From Candidatus Butyricicoccus avicola (lineage in GTDB: Bacteria; Bacillota; Clostridia; Oscillospirales; Butyricicoccaceae), in assembly GCA_019119435.1 (NCBI GenBank), contig DWWZ01000154.1:4987-68986 (forward strand): DNA of 64,000 bases, read 5' to 3'. This document shows, one piece after another, positions 31,776 through 41,446 of this stretch. Below the pieces are notes generated by a model. That model was not told the origin of the DNA and ran no database searches. It saw only the letters and a program-made list of their open reading frames with translations. The position numbers and the translations under genes were made by a program. The stretch's first letter is position 1, and the number at the start of each line of letters is the position of its first letter.

Positions 31776-32957
31776 TCAGCCGCGCATCGTCTTGACCGGG
31801 TCCAAGTGCGCCGCATGCAGGGCGGGCGCAATGCCCGACAGAATGCCGCAGGCCACAGCCACGCCAAAGCAGCCCGCCGTCAGGCTGGGCGAAACCGCAA
31901 TCGGATAGCCTGTCCACTGGGCGGCAAGCAGACAGAGGATCTGTGCAAAGGCTATACCGCAGGCCGCGCCCAGCGCGCAGATGATCGCCGCCTGCAGGAG
32001 GAACAGCCAGAACACATCGGTCTGCCGTGCTCCGATGGCCCGGTAGATCCCGATCTCCTCCCGCATGTCGTGTGCCGCCGACAGCATGCCGCCCGCCACA
32101 GCCCCCAGCGCGACCACCATCGAGATGCCGGCCACGAGCAGGAACACCCACACTGCCTTCTGCGCGAGGTCGTCCACGGTACTGAGGTATCCGCTCAAGT
32201 TCTGCACCCCAATCGTGCTGCGCAGGCCGAGCGGCCCTTGGGCGACCGCGCTGAGCTGCCGCTTGACCGTCTCGGTATCCCCCGTACACGACAGGAGCAC
32301 CTGGTCGGCTGCCTGGTTGGCATCCGTCAGGAGCGCATAGGGCAGGTAGATGACGGTCGGCACCGCCGACCCGGCAATGCCGGACAGGAGCTGGGTCTGA
32401 TCGCGGATGACACCAATGATCTCGAAGATCTGCTCCTGACCGGCAACCGTCAGATAGAGCCGCTGCCCGGTCACGTTGGTCCGCCCATAGAGCTGCTCGG
32501 CCAGCGACTGGCTGACGACCACGCGGCGGACCATACCGGAGGCCTCGCCTGCAGTAAACAGGCGCCCGGCCAGCAGTTCGACATCCAGCACCTGGCCCAT
32601 CTGCTCATTGACGCCGAACAGCAGCGCACTTCCGCTGTGAAAGCCATTCTGGTAGCTTCCTGTCTGGTATTTGACCGGCATGGCCGCCTGGACGTCCGGG
32701 CAGGAATCCATCACCGTCTCGGCAAAAGCCGGCGTCAGCGCCTCGCCTGCCGCCGCATCCTCCAGATAGCAGGTCATGCCGCGCAGGCCGAGCGAATGGA
32801 TCGCCGTGTGCATCTCATCCTGTGCCACCTGTCCGACCGCGCCGATGACCGAGATGGCGCACACGCCGATGGCCACCGTGCAGCCGCACAGCAAGCTACG
32901 CACGCCGCCCCGCCGCACCTGGCCAAAGGCCAGCCGCACAAGGTCAGCCGCCCGCAT
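31776..32957 (-). CDS. MacB/FtsX-type ABC transporter permease
   Basis: RSLL...IGV, GRLF, REEIGIYRAIGA, PALHAAHLDP. Confidence 0.88.
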   Translation of the reverse strand: MRAADLVRLAFGQVRRGGVRSLLCGCTVAIGVCAISVIGAVGQVAQDEMHTAIHSLGLRGMTCYLEDAAAGEALTPAFAETVMDSCPDVQAAMPVKYQTGSYQNGFHSGSALLFGVNEQMGQVLDVELLAGRLFTAGEASGMVRRVVVSQSLAEQLYGRTNVTGQRLYLTVAGQEQIFEIIGVIRDQTQLLSGIAGSAVPTVIYLPYALLTDANQAADQVLLSCTGDTETVKRQLSAVAQGPLGLRSTIGVQNLSGYLSTVDDLAQKAVWVFLLVAGISMVVALGAVAGGMLSAAHDMREEIGIYRAIGARQTDVFWLFLLQAAIICALGAACGIAFAQILCLLAAQWTGYPIAVSPSLTAGCFGVAVACGILSGIAPALHAAHLDPVKTMRG

Positions 32958-33918
32958 CCCAGCGCACCTTCTCCCCATCCGACAGCTCGATGTTCCCATC
33001 CGCTACCACCAGGTCACCCGCTTCCAGCCCGGACGTGACCTGCATACCCTGGCTGAGCTGGTAACCGGTCTGGATCTCCTGCCGCCGTACCGTGCCGTCC
33101 GTCTGACAGACAAAGACATACGGCTGCGTGTCCTCCTGCCGCACAGCGGCATAGGGCACAGTGACAGCGTCCCGCACGGTATCGGTAAACAGCTTGACGT
33201 CCACGGTCGTGCCCGGCATCAGGCCGGTGTCTGCGTCGCTGATATCTAGGCTGCACCGCACGACCGCCGACTGCGTGCCGCCGGTCAGGCTGAAGGTCTG
33301 AACCGCATAGGGGGCGATCTCGGTCAGGCTGGCCGAAAATGTCCGGCCGGTCTGCGAGACAGGGGTGATATTGGCGCGCTGGCCGACCGCCAGGTCGGCG
33401 GCGTACAGTTCGGGCACCTTGGCCTCCACCGTCAGGCGGGAGAAATCCCCCAAGCGCACGGCCGTCACCCCGGGCAACAGCAGGTCGCCTACCTCGGGCA
33501 GCTGAGCGACCGTGCCGTCCATGGACGCGCGCACAATCGGCCCGCTCTCCTCTGCCTGGCCGGGCGCCGCGTTGGCGCTCTGCTCCAAAAATGCCTCGGC
33601 CGCCCGGCCGGCCTCATCCACGGCCTGTGGGTAGCTCACCCGCAAAAGCGCCTGCCCCGCAGTGACCGTGTCGCCCAGCGACACATAGCACGCCTCCACC
33701 CGGGCAGGCGCATAGACAAACTCCTGGCTCTCCCGCGCGGCGCGCACGGTGCCCTTGACCGAGATGCTGTTATAGATGTCCTCCTGCGCCGCCTGGACAA
33801 CCGGGACGGCCTTGGGCGGCACGGGCTCGGTCAGGACCGATAGAACCCACAGGCCAAGCACAATGCCGGCCGTGGCCACAAGCATCCAGCGGTATCGCCT
33901 GTCGCGCATACACATCAT
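32944..33918 (-). CDS. MacA-like efflux periplasmic adaptor subunit
   Basis: N-terminal TM, VSLGDTVTAGQAL, LMPG, VPYAAV, VTSGLEAGD. Confidence 0.82.
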   Translation of the reverse strand: MMCMRDRRYRWMLVATAGIVLGLWVLSVLTEPVPPKAVPVVQAAQEDIYNSISVKGTVRAARESQEFVYAPARVEACYVSLGDTVTAGQALLRVSYPQAVDEAGRAAEAFLEQSANAAPGQAEESGPIVRASMDGTVAQLPEVGDLLLPGVTAVRLGDFSRLTVEAKVPELYAADLAVGQRANITPVSQTGRTFSASLTEIAPYAVQTFSLTGGTQSAVVRCSLDISDADTGLMPGTTVDVKLFTDTVRDAVTVPYAAVRQEDTQPYVFVCQTDGTVRRQEIQTGYQLSQGMQVTSGLEAGDLVVADGNIELSDGEKVRWDAGG

Positions 33919-33942
33919 TCCCTCCGCAAACAATCTCGCAGT

Positions 33943-33972
33943 CAGTTTGCGGCAGAACCCAGATTTTTATGC
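33943..33972 (-). promoter_or_regulatory. Putative sigma-G/sigma-F forespore promoter
   Basis: GCATA-18bp-CAAACTG on the minus strand upstream of the adaptor gene. Confidence 0.5.
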
Positions 33973-33986
33973 GCGGCGGCCAAGGA

Positions 33987-35348
33987 TCACAGGACGGCCT
34001 TGAGCGCCTCGCGCACCGACCGCACCTGGACCACGTTCATGCCTTCGGGCAGGTCGCCCACCTCTTGCTCGGGCATGATGCAGGTGTGAAAGCCCAGGCG
34101 ATATCCCTCCCAGATGCGCTGCGAGGCGCAGCTGACCGCGCGCAGCTCCCCGGTCAGGCCGACCTCGCCAAAGCTCATAACGCCCTCAGGCAGGGGCTTG
34201 TCCCGAAAGCTCGAGGTGATGGCAAGCACCATGGGCAGGTCGGCCGCAGGCTCATCCAGGCGCATGCCGCCCACCACATTGACATAGGCGTCGCTGCCCG
34301 ACAGGAACAGCCCGGCGCGCTTCTCCAAAATGGCGAGCAGCAGCACCATGCGGTTGTAGTCCACGCCCGCAGCCGTGCGGCGGGGCACGCCAAACTGGGT
34401 CTTTGCCACGAGCGCCTGTACTTCGGCCAAAAGCGGGCGGCTGCCCTCCATGACACAGGCGATGCAGTTGCCCGAGGCGCCGGTCGGATGCCCGGCCAGC
34501 ATGGCGGCCGACGGGTTTTGCACCTCCAAAAGGCCGCGGTCGCTCATCTCAAACACCCCGATCTCGCTGGTCGCGCCAAAGCGGTTCTTGGCCGCGCGCA
34601 GGCAGCGGAACGGCCCGGTCTGTTCGCCCTCAAAGTAGAGCACGCAGTCGACCATGTGCTCGAGGATCTTAGGCCCTGCCAGGGTACCCTCCTTGTTGAC
34701 ATGGCCGACGATGAAGATGGTGACGCTGCGGCGCTTGGCATACTGCATAAGACTCATCGCGCACTCCTTGATCTGGGTCGTGCCGCCCGGCGCGGCGGTC
34801 AGGTCACGCCGGTATACGGTCTGGATGGAATCGATGATGAGGATATCGGGCGCGAGCAGGTCGGTCTCCTGGATGATCTCGTCCATGTCGGTCTCGGCCA
34901 GCACAAACAGGCCGGGCGCGCGGATGCCTAGGCGGCTGGCGCGCAGCTTGATCTGGCGCAGTGACTCCTCGCCGGATACATAGAGCACCTTGGCCGAGCG
35001 GCACATCTCCTGGCACATCTGCAAAAGCAAGGTGGATTTGCCGATTCCCGGCTCGCCGCCGACCAGAACGAATGAGCCGTGCACGGCGCCGCCGCCAAGG
35101 ACGCGGTCCAGCTCACCGATACCCGAGTGGAAACGCTCCTCGGCCGCCGAGTCGATCTCGTCGAGCAGGCGCGGCTTGGTATGGGTCCGCTCGCGGGCAG
35201 CCTCCGGCAGCACACCGCGCGTGGCGGTCTCCGGTTTGACCTTATACTCGCTGAGCGTGTTCCAGGCCCCGCATGACGGGCACTTGCCGTACCACTTGGG
35301 GCTTTCATAGCCGCAGTCACTGCACAAAAAAATAGTCTTCTGTTTCAT
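33987..35348 (-). CDS. radA: DNA repair protein RadA/Sms
   Basis: CSDCG..SPKWYGKCPSC, GEPGIGKST, KNRFG, GEVGLTGE. Confidence 0.97.
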   Translation of the reverse strand: MKQKTIFLCSDCGYESPKWYGKCPSCGAWNTLSEYKVKPETATRGVLPEAARERTHTKPRLLDEIDSAAEERFHSGIGELDRVLGGGAVHGSFVLVGGEPGIGKSTLLLQMCQEMCRSAKVLYVSGEESLRQIKLRASRLGIRAPGLFVLAETDMDEIIQETDLLAPDILIIDSIQTVYRRDLTAAPGGTTQIKECAMSLMQYAKRRSVTIFIVGHVNKEGTLAGPKILEHMVDCVLYFEGEQTGPFRCLRAAKNRFGATSEIGVFEMSDRGLLEVQNPSAAMLAGHPTGASGNCIACVMEGSRPLLAEVQALVAKTQFGVPRRTAAGVDYNRMVLLLAILEKRAGLFLSGSDAYVNVVGGMRLDEPAADLPMVLAITSSFRDKPLPEGVMSFGEVGLTGELRAVSCASQRIWEGYRLGFHTCIMPEQEVGDLPEGMNVVQVRSVREALKAVL

Positions 35349-35370
35349 ATACTTCCTCCGAATGGACCGC

Positions 35371-36081
35371 TTATGCCTGCAGGTAGCCCGCAAGGATGCA
35401 GGCGGCAAGCTGGGTCTGATAGCTGTCCCGGCACAGGTCGGCCTCCTCCTCCGGGTTGGACAGGAAGCCGCACTCGACGATGACGGCCGGGCAGGTCAGC
35501 CGCCGCATCAGATAGATGCTGTCCCCGGCCGGCTTGGCCGCGCGGGTGTTTCCGTTGTCGATGCCCTGGATGAGCGCCGCCTGGATGGCCTCGGCCAGCA
35601 CGCGGCTGTCCGGGTCGGCTGCGCCGTAAAACACCTGCGCGCCGAAATACTGGGACTGTTCGAACTTATTGAGATGGATGCTGACAAAGACCGGGTTCTC
35701 GGTCTTTTCACAGATGTGCGCACGGGCCTGGATATCCGCGACCTTGTTCTCGCGCACGGTGCGCCCGGGCTCATAGTCCAGCGCGCCTTCGTCCGTCCGG
35801 GTCAGCACGCATGGCACGCCGAACAGCCCGGCCAGGTCGCGCGTCTTGCCCGCGATAGACAGGTTAATCTGCTGCTCGGTCACGCCGTTTGGGCTGACAG
35901 CGCCGCCGTCAAACCCGCCGTGCCCGGCATCCAGTACCAGCGTGTGCGCGCTCTGCTGCGCGGAAAACACGCCGGTCCAGCCCATAGGGTGCAACTGATC
36001 GGCGATCAGCAGCCCTAGGAGCGCAAACGCCAGGTAAAACGGCCAGCGCTTGGCAAAATGATGCAAAATTCTATGCCGCAA
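35371..36081 (-). CDS. cwlD: N-acetylmuramoyl-L-alanine amidase, CwlD-like
   Basis: N-terminal TM, LDAGHGGFDGGA, E..INL, SIHLNKF, GAQVFY, VECGFLSN; TTG start after GGGGAGG; sigma-E-like motif upstream. Confidence 0.78.
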   Translation of the reverse strand: MRHRILHHFAKRWPFYLAFALLGLLIADQLHPMGWTGVFSAQQSAHTLVLDAGHGGFDGGAVSPNGVTEQQINLSIAGKTRDLAGLFGVPCVLTRTDEGALDYEPGRTVRENKVADIQARAHICEKTENPVFVSIHLNKFEQSQYFGAQVFYGAADPDSRVLAEAIQAALIQGIDNGNTRAAKPAGDSIYLMRRLTCPAVIVECGFLSNPEEEADLCRDSYQTQLAACILAGYLQA

Positions 36082-36190
36082 ACTCTTCGCCTCCCCCTCT
36101 GTAGTTAAGGGTATGGCGCGCCGGGGGCGGATATGTTGCAATCGTTTTTATTATAGCACAGCCGCAGCCGCTTTTGAACGGCCCCGGCTT

Positions 36191-36245
36191 TGTCGAAATT
36201 TGTCGAACGATTTCATTTGAAATCCGACCCCGGGCGTGATATCAT
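36191..36245 (+). promoter_or_regulatory. Tandem Spo0A boxes plus sigma-A promoter
   Basis: TGTCGAA at 36191 and 36201 (0A consensus TGNCGAA); TTGAAA(36217)-17bp-TATCAT(36240) with TG extension. Confidence 0.65.
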
Positions 36246-36249
36246 AAAA

Positions 36250-36365
36250 TTGTTCCAAAAACAGGGTTTTCTTCCAAGATTTTCCCTGTTTGCAGAATAT
36301 CGCGCGCTCTGCGATTTGGGTAAAGGCGTCCCCGGCAGTCCAGCTGCCGGGGACGCTTTTTTGCT
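36250..36365 (+). ncRNA. Candidate stand-alone sRNA
   Basis: Own promoter; hairpins AAACAGGG/CCCTGTTT and ATCGC/GCGAT; strong terminator GCGTCCCCGGCAG/CTGCCGGGGACGC+T7; no ORF with RBS. Confidence 0.55.
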
Positions 36366-36478
36366 TTCCCCGCACGGGACGCCGGAAAAACTGCGCCCGG
36401 CGCTTAAATTTTGCAGGCGATTGTGGTATCATATCCATAAAACGTTGAATCCCACAATCTTAGGAGGCATCCCCTGCG

Positions 36479-36910
36479 ATGGAAATTCAGATCAAGTATT
36501 TTACAGACAAGATCGAGCGGCTGCGCTATATCGACGGCAAATCGGACTGGATCGACCTGCGCGCCGCCGAGGACGTGCAGCTTGCGGCCGGAGAATTCCG
36601 GCTGATCCCGCTCGGCGTGGCCATGCAGCTGCCTACCGGCTATGAGGCGCATATCGTGCCGCGCAGCTCGACCTTCAAGCAGTTCGGCATCTTGCAGACC
36701 AACAGCATGGGCGTCATCGACGAGAGCTACTGCGGCGACACCGACCAGTGGTTCTTCCCGGCCTACGCCGTGCGCGACACCGTCATCCACACGAACGACC
36801 GCATCTGCCAGTTCCGCATCATGGCCCATCAGCCGGCCCTGACCTTCCGCGAGGCCGCACGGCTGACACGCCCCGACCGCGGTGGGCACGGCAGCACCGG
36901 GCGGGCCTAA
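36479..36910 (+). CDS. dut: dUTP diphosphatase (trimeric, YncF-like)
   Basis: [29 protein letters not shown]. Confidence 0.95.
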   Translation: MEIQIKYFTDKIERLRYIDGKSDWIDLRAAEDVQLAAGEFRLIPLGVAMQLPTGYEAHIVPRSSTFKQFGILQTNSMGVIDESYCGDTDQWFFPAYAVRDTVIHTNDRICQFRIMAHQPALTFREAARLTRPDRGGHGSTGRA

Positions 36911-36983
36911 CATGGCCGCGGCCGGCGTGCACACATTGTGTCCCGCCCGCTTATACTGAGGTATGAGAGGAGTGTGATACACC

Positions 36984-37130
36984 GTGATCTGCCGCCGCTA
37001 TCTGATCGGCATGTTCTGTCTGGGGCTTGGCATTGGGGCCGTCCTCGGCGGGCTGATCCCGCTGTCGCTGCTGCTCGTCCTGTGCGGCGCCGGGCTGATC
37101 GCGCTGGGCGTCATACTACTCGCACAGTAA
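36984..37130 (+). CDS. 48-aa hydrophobic membrane peptide upstream of spoVM
   Basis: GAGGAG RBS, GTG start: MICRRYLIGMFCLGLGIGAVLGGLIPLSLLLVLCGAGLIALGVILLAQ; stop abuts spoVM RBS. Confidence 0.6.
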   Translation: MICRRYLIGMFCLGLGIGAVLGGLIPLSLLLVLCGAGLIALGVILLAQ

Positions 37131-37142
37131 GGAGGGAGCATC

Positions 37143-37223
37143 ATGAAAGTCGTGATCTGGAAAAGCCCGCGCTGCCTTGCCGGCATGCTCCGCCGGATGT
37201 TCGGCATCCAAAACGATACCTGA
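37143..37223 (+). CDS. spoVM: Stage V sporulation protein M
   Basis: GGAGGG RBS; MKVVIWKSPRCLAGMLRRMFGIQNDT, 26 aa with Pro9 and amphipathic helix as in B. subtilis SpoVM. Confidence 0.88.
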   Translation: MKVVIWKSPRCLAGMLRRMFGIQNDT

Positions 37224-37252
37224 GAAAAAGCAGGGGCCTGGCCCCTGTTTTT

Positions 37253-37281
37253 TCATATCCGCCTGCCTGCCGCATATACAT
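37253..37281 (+). promoter_or_regulatory. Putative sigma-E promoter of sipL-spoIVA
   Basis: TCATAT-14bp-CATATACAT. Confidence 0.6.
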
Positions 37282-37313
37282 AGAGCAGAAGCGGCAAAAA
37301 GGAGGAAACCGAC

Positions 37314-38810
37314 ATGGAACTAATCCGCACCGATCTGCAATACTATGAACCGACCCATACACTGCACAGCATGTTCACCGAAAGCACCGACGCCATCGTG
37401 CCCGACGCCGAGCCCGATATCGGCCATATCCTGTGCGCCTACGCCTCGGTGACCGTAAAGGACGAGCTGCCGCAGAGCGACCGCATCCTGCTCTCCGGCA
37501 ACGCCAGCGTGACCGTGCTCTACCGCCCGGACGGACAGGACGCCATCCGTTTGCTGCAAATCCCGCTCAGCTTTGCGCACATCGAGGAGACACCGGGCAT
37601 CCTGCCGGACAGCCCGTGCTTCCTGCGCTGCCAGGTGGGCAGCGTGGCCGCCCGCGCGGTCAACTCCCGCAAGGTGAACGTGGCCGTCACCTTTGTGCTT
37701 GAAATCGATGTCTTTGCCGAGAGCGGCCTGACCCTGACCGAGGAGATCGACCCGCAGGGGGAAGCGCTCGAGCTCTTGTACGGCCAGCAGACCGTATCCC
37801 TCCTGTGCTACGCCGCCGCGCGTGAGTTCACCGCGCTGGACGACCTGGAACTGCCGGGGGCGCAGGGCCTGCGCCTCATCTGCGCGCGCGGCGCGCTGCG
37901 CCCGGCCGCCTGCCAGCCCAGCCCCGATCAGCTCACGCTGTCGGGCGAGGCCCTGCTCTGGCTCCTGCTCATGGACGACACGGGCGCGCTCGTCACCATG
38001 ACGCAGGCCATCCCCTACACCCAGGTGCTGGACGCGCCCGGCCTGCGCGGTTCGCTGCCCACCTGCGCGCGGCTGGCCCTGCGCAGCTTGGACTGCATGC
38101 TGCGCGAGGATGGGGTACTGTCGGTCGGGCTAGGCGTGCGCGCGCTTGTGACCCAGCAGGCCGAGCAGACCATCCAAGTCATCCGCGACCTCTATCACCT
38201 GCACCGTGAGCTGCACTGCGACACGCGCGAGGTAACGCTGTGTACCTATGCAGCAGACGCGCCCTTTCAGCTGGAATCGGCCGTCCAGATGCCGGTCGGC
38301 CGCGCAGCCGCCGAGATCCTGTCCGCAGACGGTACCTGCCTCTCGGCCGAGGCGCACGGCGGCGCGCTCGAGGCGCAGATCCAGGTCTGCCTGCTTTACC
38401 GCGACCCCACGGGCGCCGTGTGCGCCGAAAGCCAGCCGCTGACCGTCCCGCTCGCCGCCACAGGACTTCCAGAAGGCGCCGCGCCGCAGGACCTATCGGT
38501 CCAGCTATCGGCCGCGCCGGGCGGCGAAGGCAGCGTATCATTACGGGTGACGGCGACCGGCAATCTGGTCACCCAGGCACAAATCCCGATCCGCGATATC
38601 ACAGCGCTCTGCGCAGACGCGCCGCGGCAGCCGGCCGACCAGCCTGGCACCACGCTGGTGCTGCGGTATATCCACACGCCCACGCCGCTCTGGGAGATTG
38701 CCAAACAGTATGCCTCGACCGCCCAGGCCATCCGGCAGGCCAACGCCCTGCCCGAGGGAACCGAGACCGCCGCAGACACCATGCTGCTCATCCCAGTGTA
38801 TGCGCAGTGA
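37314..38810 (+). CDS. sipL: SPOCS (DUF3794) + LysM spore coat protein, SipL-like
   Basis: DAIVPD.EPDI..IL SPOCS start, SRKV, C-terminal LysM (LWEIAKQY...I..AN); next to spoIVA. Confidence 0.8.
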   Translation: MELIRTDLQYYEPTHTLHSMFTESTDAIVPDAEPDIGHILCAYASVTVKDELPQSDRILLSGNASVTVLYRPDGQDAIRLLQIPLSFAHIEETPGILPDSPCFLRCQVGSVAARAVNSRKVNVAVTFVLEIDVFAESGLTLTEEIDPQGEALELLYGQQTVSLLCYAAAREFTALDDLELPGAQGLRLICARGALRPAACQPSPDQLTLSGEALLWLLLMDDTGALVTMTQAIPYTQVLDAPGLRGSLPTCARLALRSLDCMLREDGVLSVGLGVRALVTQQAEQTIQVIRDLYHLHRELHCDTREVTLCTYAADAPFQLESAVQMPVGRAAAEILSADGTCLSAEAHGGALEAQIQVCLLYRDPTGAVCAESQPLTVPLAATGLPEGAAPQDLSVQLSAAPGGEGSVSLRVTATGNLVTQAQIPIRDITALCADAPRQPADQPGTTLVLRYIHTPTPLWEIAKQYASTAQAIRQANALPEGTETAADTMLLIPVYAQ

Positions 38811-38829
38811 CCGAGAAGGGAGACAACAG

Positions 38830-40308
38830 ATGGAAAACAAGGGACTTTACGAGCAGATCGGCGCGCGCACGGGCGGCGATATCTATATTGGTGTCGTCGG
38901 CCCGGTGCGGACCGGTAAATCCACGTTCATCAAGCGTTTTATGGAAAACATGGTCATCCCGCGCATTGAAAACGTCTATAAGCGCGAGCGGGCCAAGGAT
39001 GAGCTGCCGCAGTCGGGCTCCGGGCGGACGATCATGACGGCCGAGCCCAAGTTCGTCCCCGAGGAGGCGGCCGAGATCACGCTCGCACCCGGGCGTACCT
39101 GCCGGGTGCGCCTGGTCGACTGCGTCGGCTATCTGGTGGACGGGGCGCTGGGCAGCATGGAGGAGGATGCGCCGCGCATGGTCACAACGCCGTGGCGCGA
39201 TGCGCCCATCTCCATGGCTGAGGCCGCCGAGCTTGGCACCAAGAAGGTCATCGAGGACCACTCAACCATCGGCCTTGTGATCACGACCGACGGCTCCTTC
39301 TCCGACCTGCCGCGCGAGAGTTATGCGGCGGCGTGCGGCCGCGTGATCGAGGAACTGCAGGCCATCGGCAAGCCGTTTTTGACCCTGGTCAACACCACAG
39401 ACCCGCACAGTGCGTCGGCGCAGGCCGTGGTCGATGCGCTGCATGAGCGCTACGGCGTATCGGCCCTGCCGGTCAATTGCCTGACGCTCGACGAGCAGGC
39501 CATGCGTGCCATCTTGACCGAAGTGCTCTATGAGTTTCCCATCCAGCAGGTATCGGTCAGGCTGCCGCGCTTTATCAGCGTACTCGAACCCGGCCATCCG
39601 GTCCAGACCAGCGTCTATGACAGCCTGCGGCAGAACGGTGCAGCCGCCCACAAGATGCGCGACCTTGAGCCCATGGCGCACGCGCTGTGCGCGAACGAAT
39701 GGGTGACCGACGCGCGCATCACGGGCATGGATCTCGGCACCGGCCACGCCCGGCTGGCAGTCGATATCCCGAACGCCGTATTCTATCAGATCGTGACCGA
39801 ACAGACCGGCATCCAGATGCAGGACGAGGCCGACCTGATCCCGGTGCTGACCCGGCTGTCTGCCACCGCCCGGGAATATGAGCGCATCGCGGGCGCCCTC
39901 GAGCAGGCCAACGCCACAGGCTATGGCGTCGTCATGCCGCGCCTGGAGGACCTGAGCCTGGCGCCGCCCGAGATCATCAAGCAAGGCGGGCGCTACGGTG
40001 TCAAGCTATGTGCCTCGGCCGCCTCGATCCACCTGATGAAAGCCGAGATCAAAGCCTCGGTCACCCCGATCGTGGGCACCGAAAAGCAGTCCGAGGAGCT
40101 TTTGCACTATCTGCTGGGAGAATTTGAGGGCGCACCCGAAAAGATCTGGGAGACCAATATCTTCGGCAAGCCGCTGTCCGAGCTGGTCAGCGAGGAGCTG
40201 TCCGGCAAGCTCTCCCGTATGCCCGAGGACGCACGAGAAAAGTTCCGCGAAACGCTCGAACGCATTATCAATGAGAGCACCGGCGGCCTCATCTGCATCC
40301 TGCTCTGA
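38830..40308 (+). CDS. spoIVA: Stage IV sporulation protein A
   Basis: IYIGVVGPVRTGKSTFIKRF, DELPQS, EPKFVP, GGLICILL. Confidence 0.98.
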   Translation: MENKGLYEQIGARTGGDIYIGVVGPVRTGKSTFIKRFMENMVIPRIENVYKRERAKDELPQSGSGRTIMTAEPKFVPEEAAEITLAPGRTCRVRLVDCVGYLVDGALGSMEEDAPRMVTTPWRDAPISMAEAAELGTKKVIEDHSTIGLVITTDGSFSDLPRESYAAACGRVIEELQAIGKPFLTLVNTTDPHSASAQAVVDALHERYGVSALPVNCLTLDEQAMRAILTEVLYEFPIQQVSVRLPRFISVLEPGHPVQTSVYDSLRQNGAAAHKMRDLEPMAHALCANEWVTDARITGMDLGTGHARLAVDIPNAVFYQIVTEQTGIQMQDEADLIPVLTRLSATAREYERIAGALEQANATGYGVVMPRLEDLSLAPPEIIKQGGRYGVKLCASAASIHLMKAEIKASVTPIVGTEKQSEELLHYLLGEFEGAPEKIWETNIFGKPLSELVSEELSGKLSRMPEDAREKFRETLERIINESTGGLICILL

Positions 40309-40480
40309 CCAGGCCGCCCGCCATTTTCCGGGAAATACCCGATGCCTGTTGCGCCGCCGGGAAAGGCTTTTCCCCTGCGGCGCTGCGGCGTTTTGCCGGC
40401 AAGGTCTGCGCCTTGCCCTTGATTTTTGGCGTCCAGTACGGTATGATAGGGACGATCAAAGCACAGAGGAGCGATATGCG

Positions 40481-40978
40481 ATGCGCAAGCAAGTCTTTAT
40501 CATCAACGGGCAGGGCGGTGTCGGCAAGGACACCATCTGCGCCTGTGCCGCGCGCTACTTCCGGGTGCGCAATGTCTCATCCATCACGCCGATCGTTGAG
40601 ATCGCAAAATTTGCCGGCTGGGACGGGGAGAAAACCTTGAAGGCGCGCCGGCTGCTGGCCCAGCTCAAAGAGGCTTTCACGGCCTTTAACGATCTGTCCT
40701 TCCGCTACTGCATGGACGCCTACGAGGCGTTCTTACAGAGCGATGACGAAATCCTCTTTCTGCATGTACGGGAACCGCGGGAGATCGAGCGCCTGCGCCG
40801 CGCCATTGGGCCGTCCTGCCGCACCTTGCTGGTACGCCGCCCCGATCTGGCCGCCCGCCAATATGGCAACCAGGCCGACGATGGAGTCGGGGCCTATGCC
40901 TATGACCTCTATTTCGACAACGAACCCCCGCTCGATACCCTCCCCGAACGGGTGAAAAATTTTTTCCAAAATATTTGA
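40481..40978 (+). CDS. P-loop protein, possibly nucleotide monophosphate kinase-like
   Basis: IINGQGGVGKDT Walker A, GWDGEK...R, HVREP.EI. Confidence 0.6.
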   Translation: MRKQVFIINGQGGVGKDTICACAARYFRVRNVSSITPIVEIAKFAGWDGEKTLKARRLLAQLKEAFTAFNDLSFRYCMDAYEAFLQSDDEILFLHVREPREIERLRRAIGPSCRTLLVRRPDLAARQYGNQADDGVGAYAYDLYFDNEPPLDTLPERVKNFFQNI

Positions 40979-41067
40979 TTCCCTTGCTTGACATTCCCTT
41001 TCTCCTGTGATATTATATACAAGCTGAGTTCATCAAGCAGATAGAACGCAGGTCATAAAATAGATAT

Positions 41068-41143
41068 CCGGGTGTAGCGCAGCTGGTAGCGTGCTTGACT
41101 GGGGGTCAAGAGGCCGCAGGTTCAAGTCCTGTCACTCGGACCA
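41068..41143 (+). tRNA. tRNA-Pro(GGG)
   Basis: Acceptor CCGGGTG/CACTCGG, anticodon arm CTTGA-CTGGGGG-TCAAG, GGTTCAAGTCC T-arm, encoded CCA; TTGACA promoter upstream. Confidence 0.97.
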
Positions 41144-41446
41144 AGAAAACCGCCTTTTTCGTAAGAAATTGGCGGTTTTTTTGCATATGAAGTTCAGAGT
41201 TGAAAACGCCAACCTGCAGCTTGTTCTTTATTTGTTCTTTATTGCCGCAAAACGCAGAAAACAGCATTTTCGATTGTGCGCAAAATCGTGTCAAAATCAA
41301 TTACAATCGCGTTTATACACGATAAATTGTTATAGAAATCATAAATTTGATAACACCCCAAACGAATATACAGTCAATGACATTTACTATCAAACTCTCG
41401 TGATTTTCTTTTCGATTGCTGGTTAATTGTTGCCATGATCATTTCG

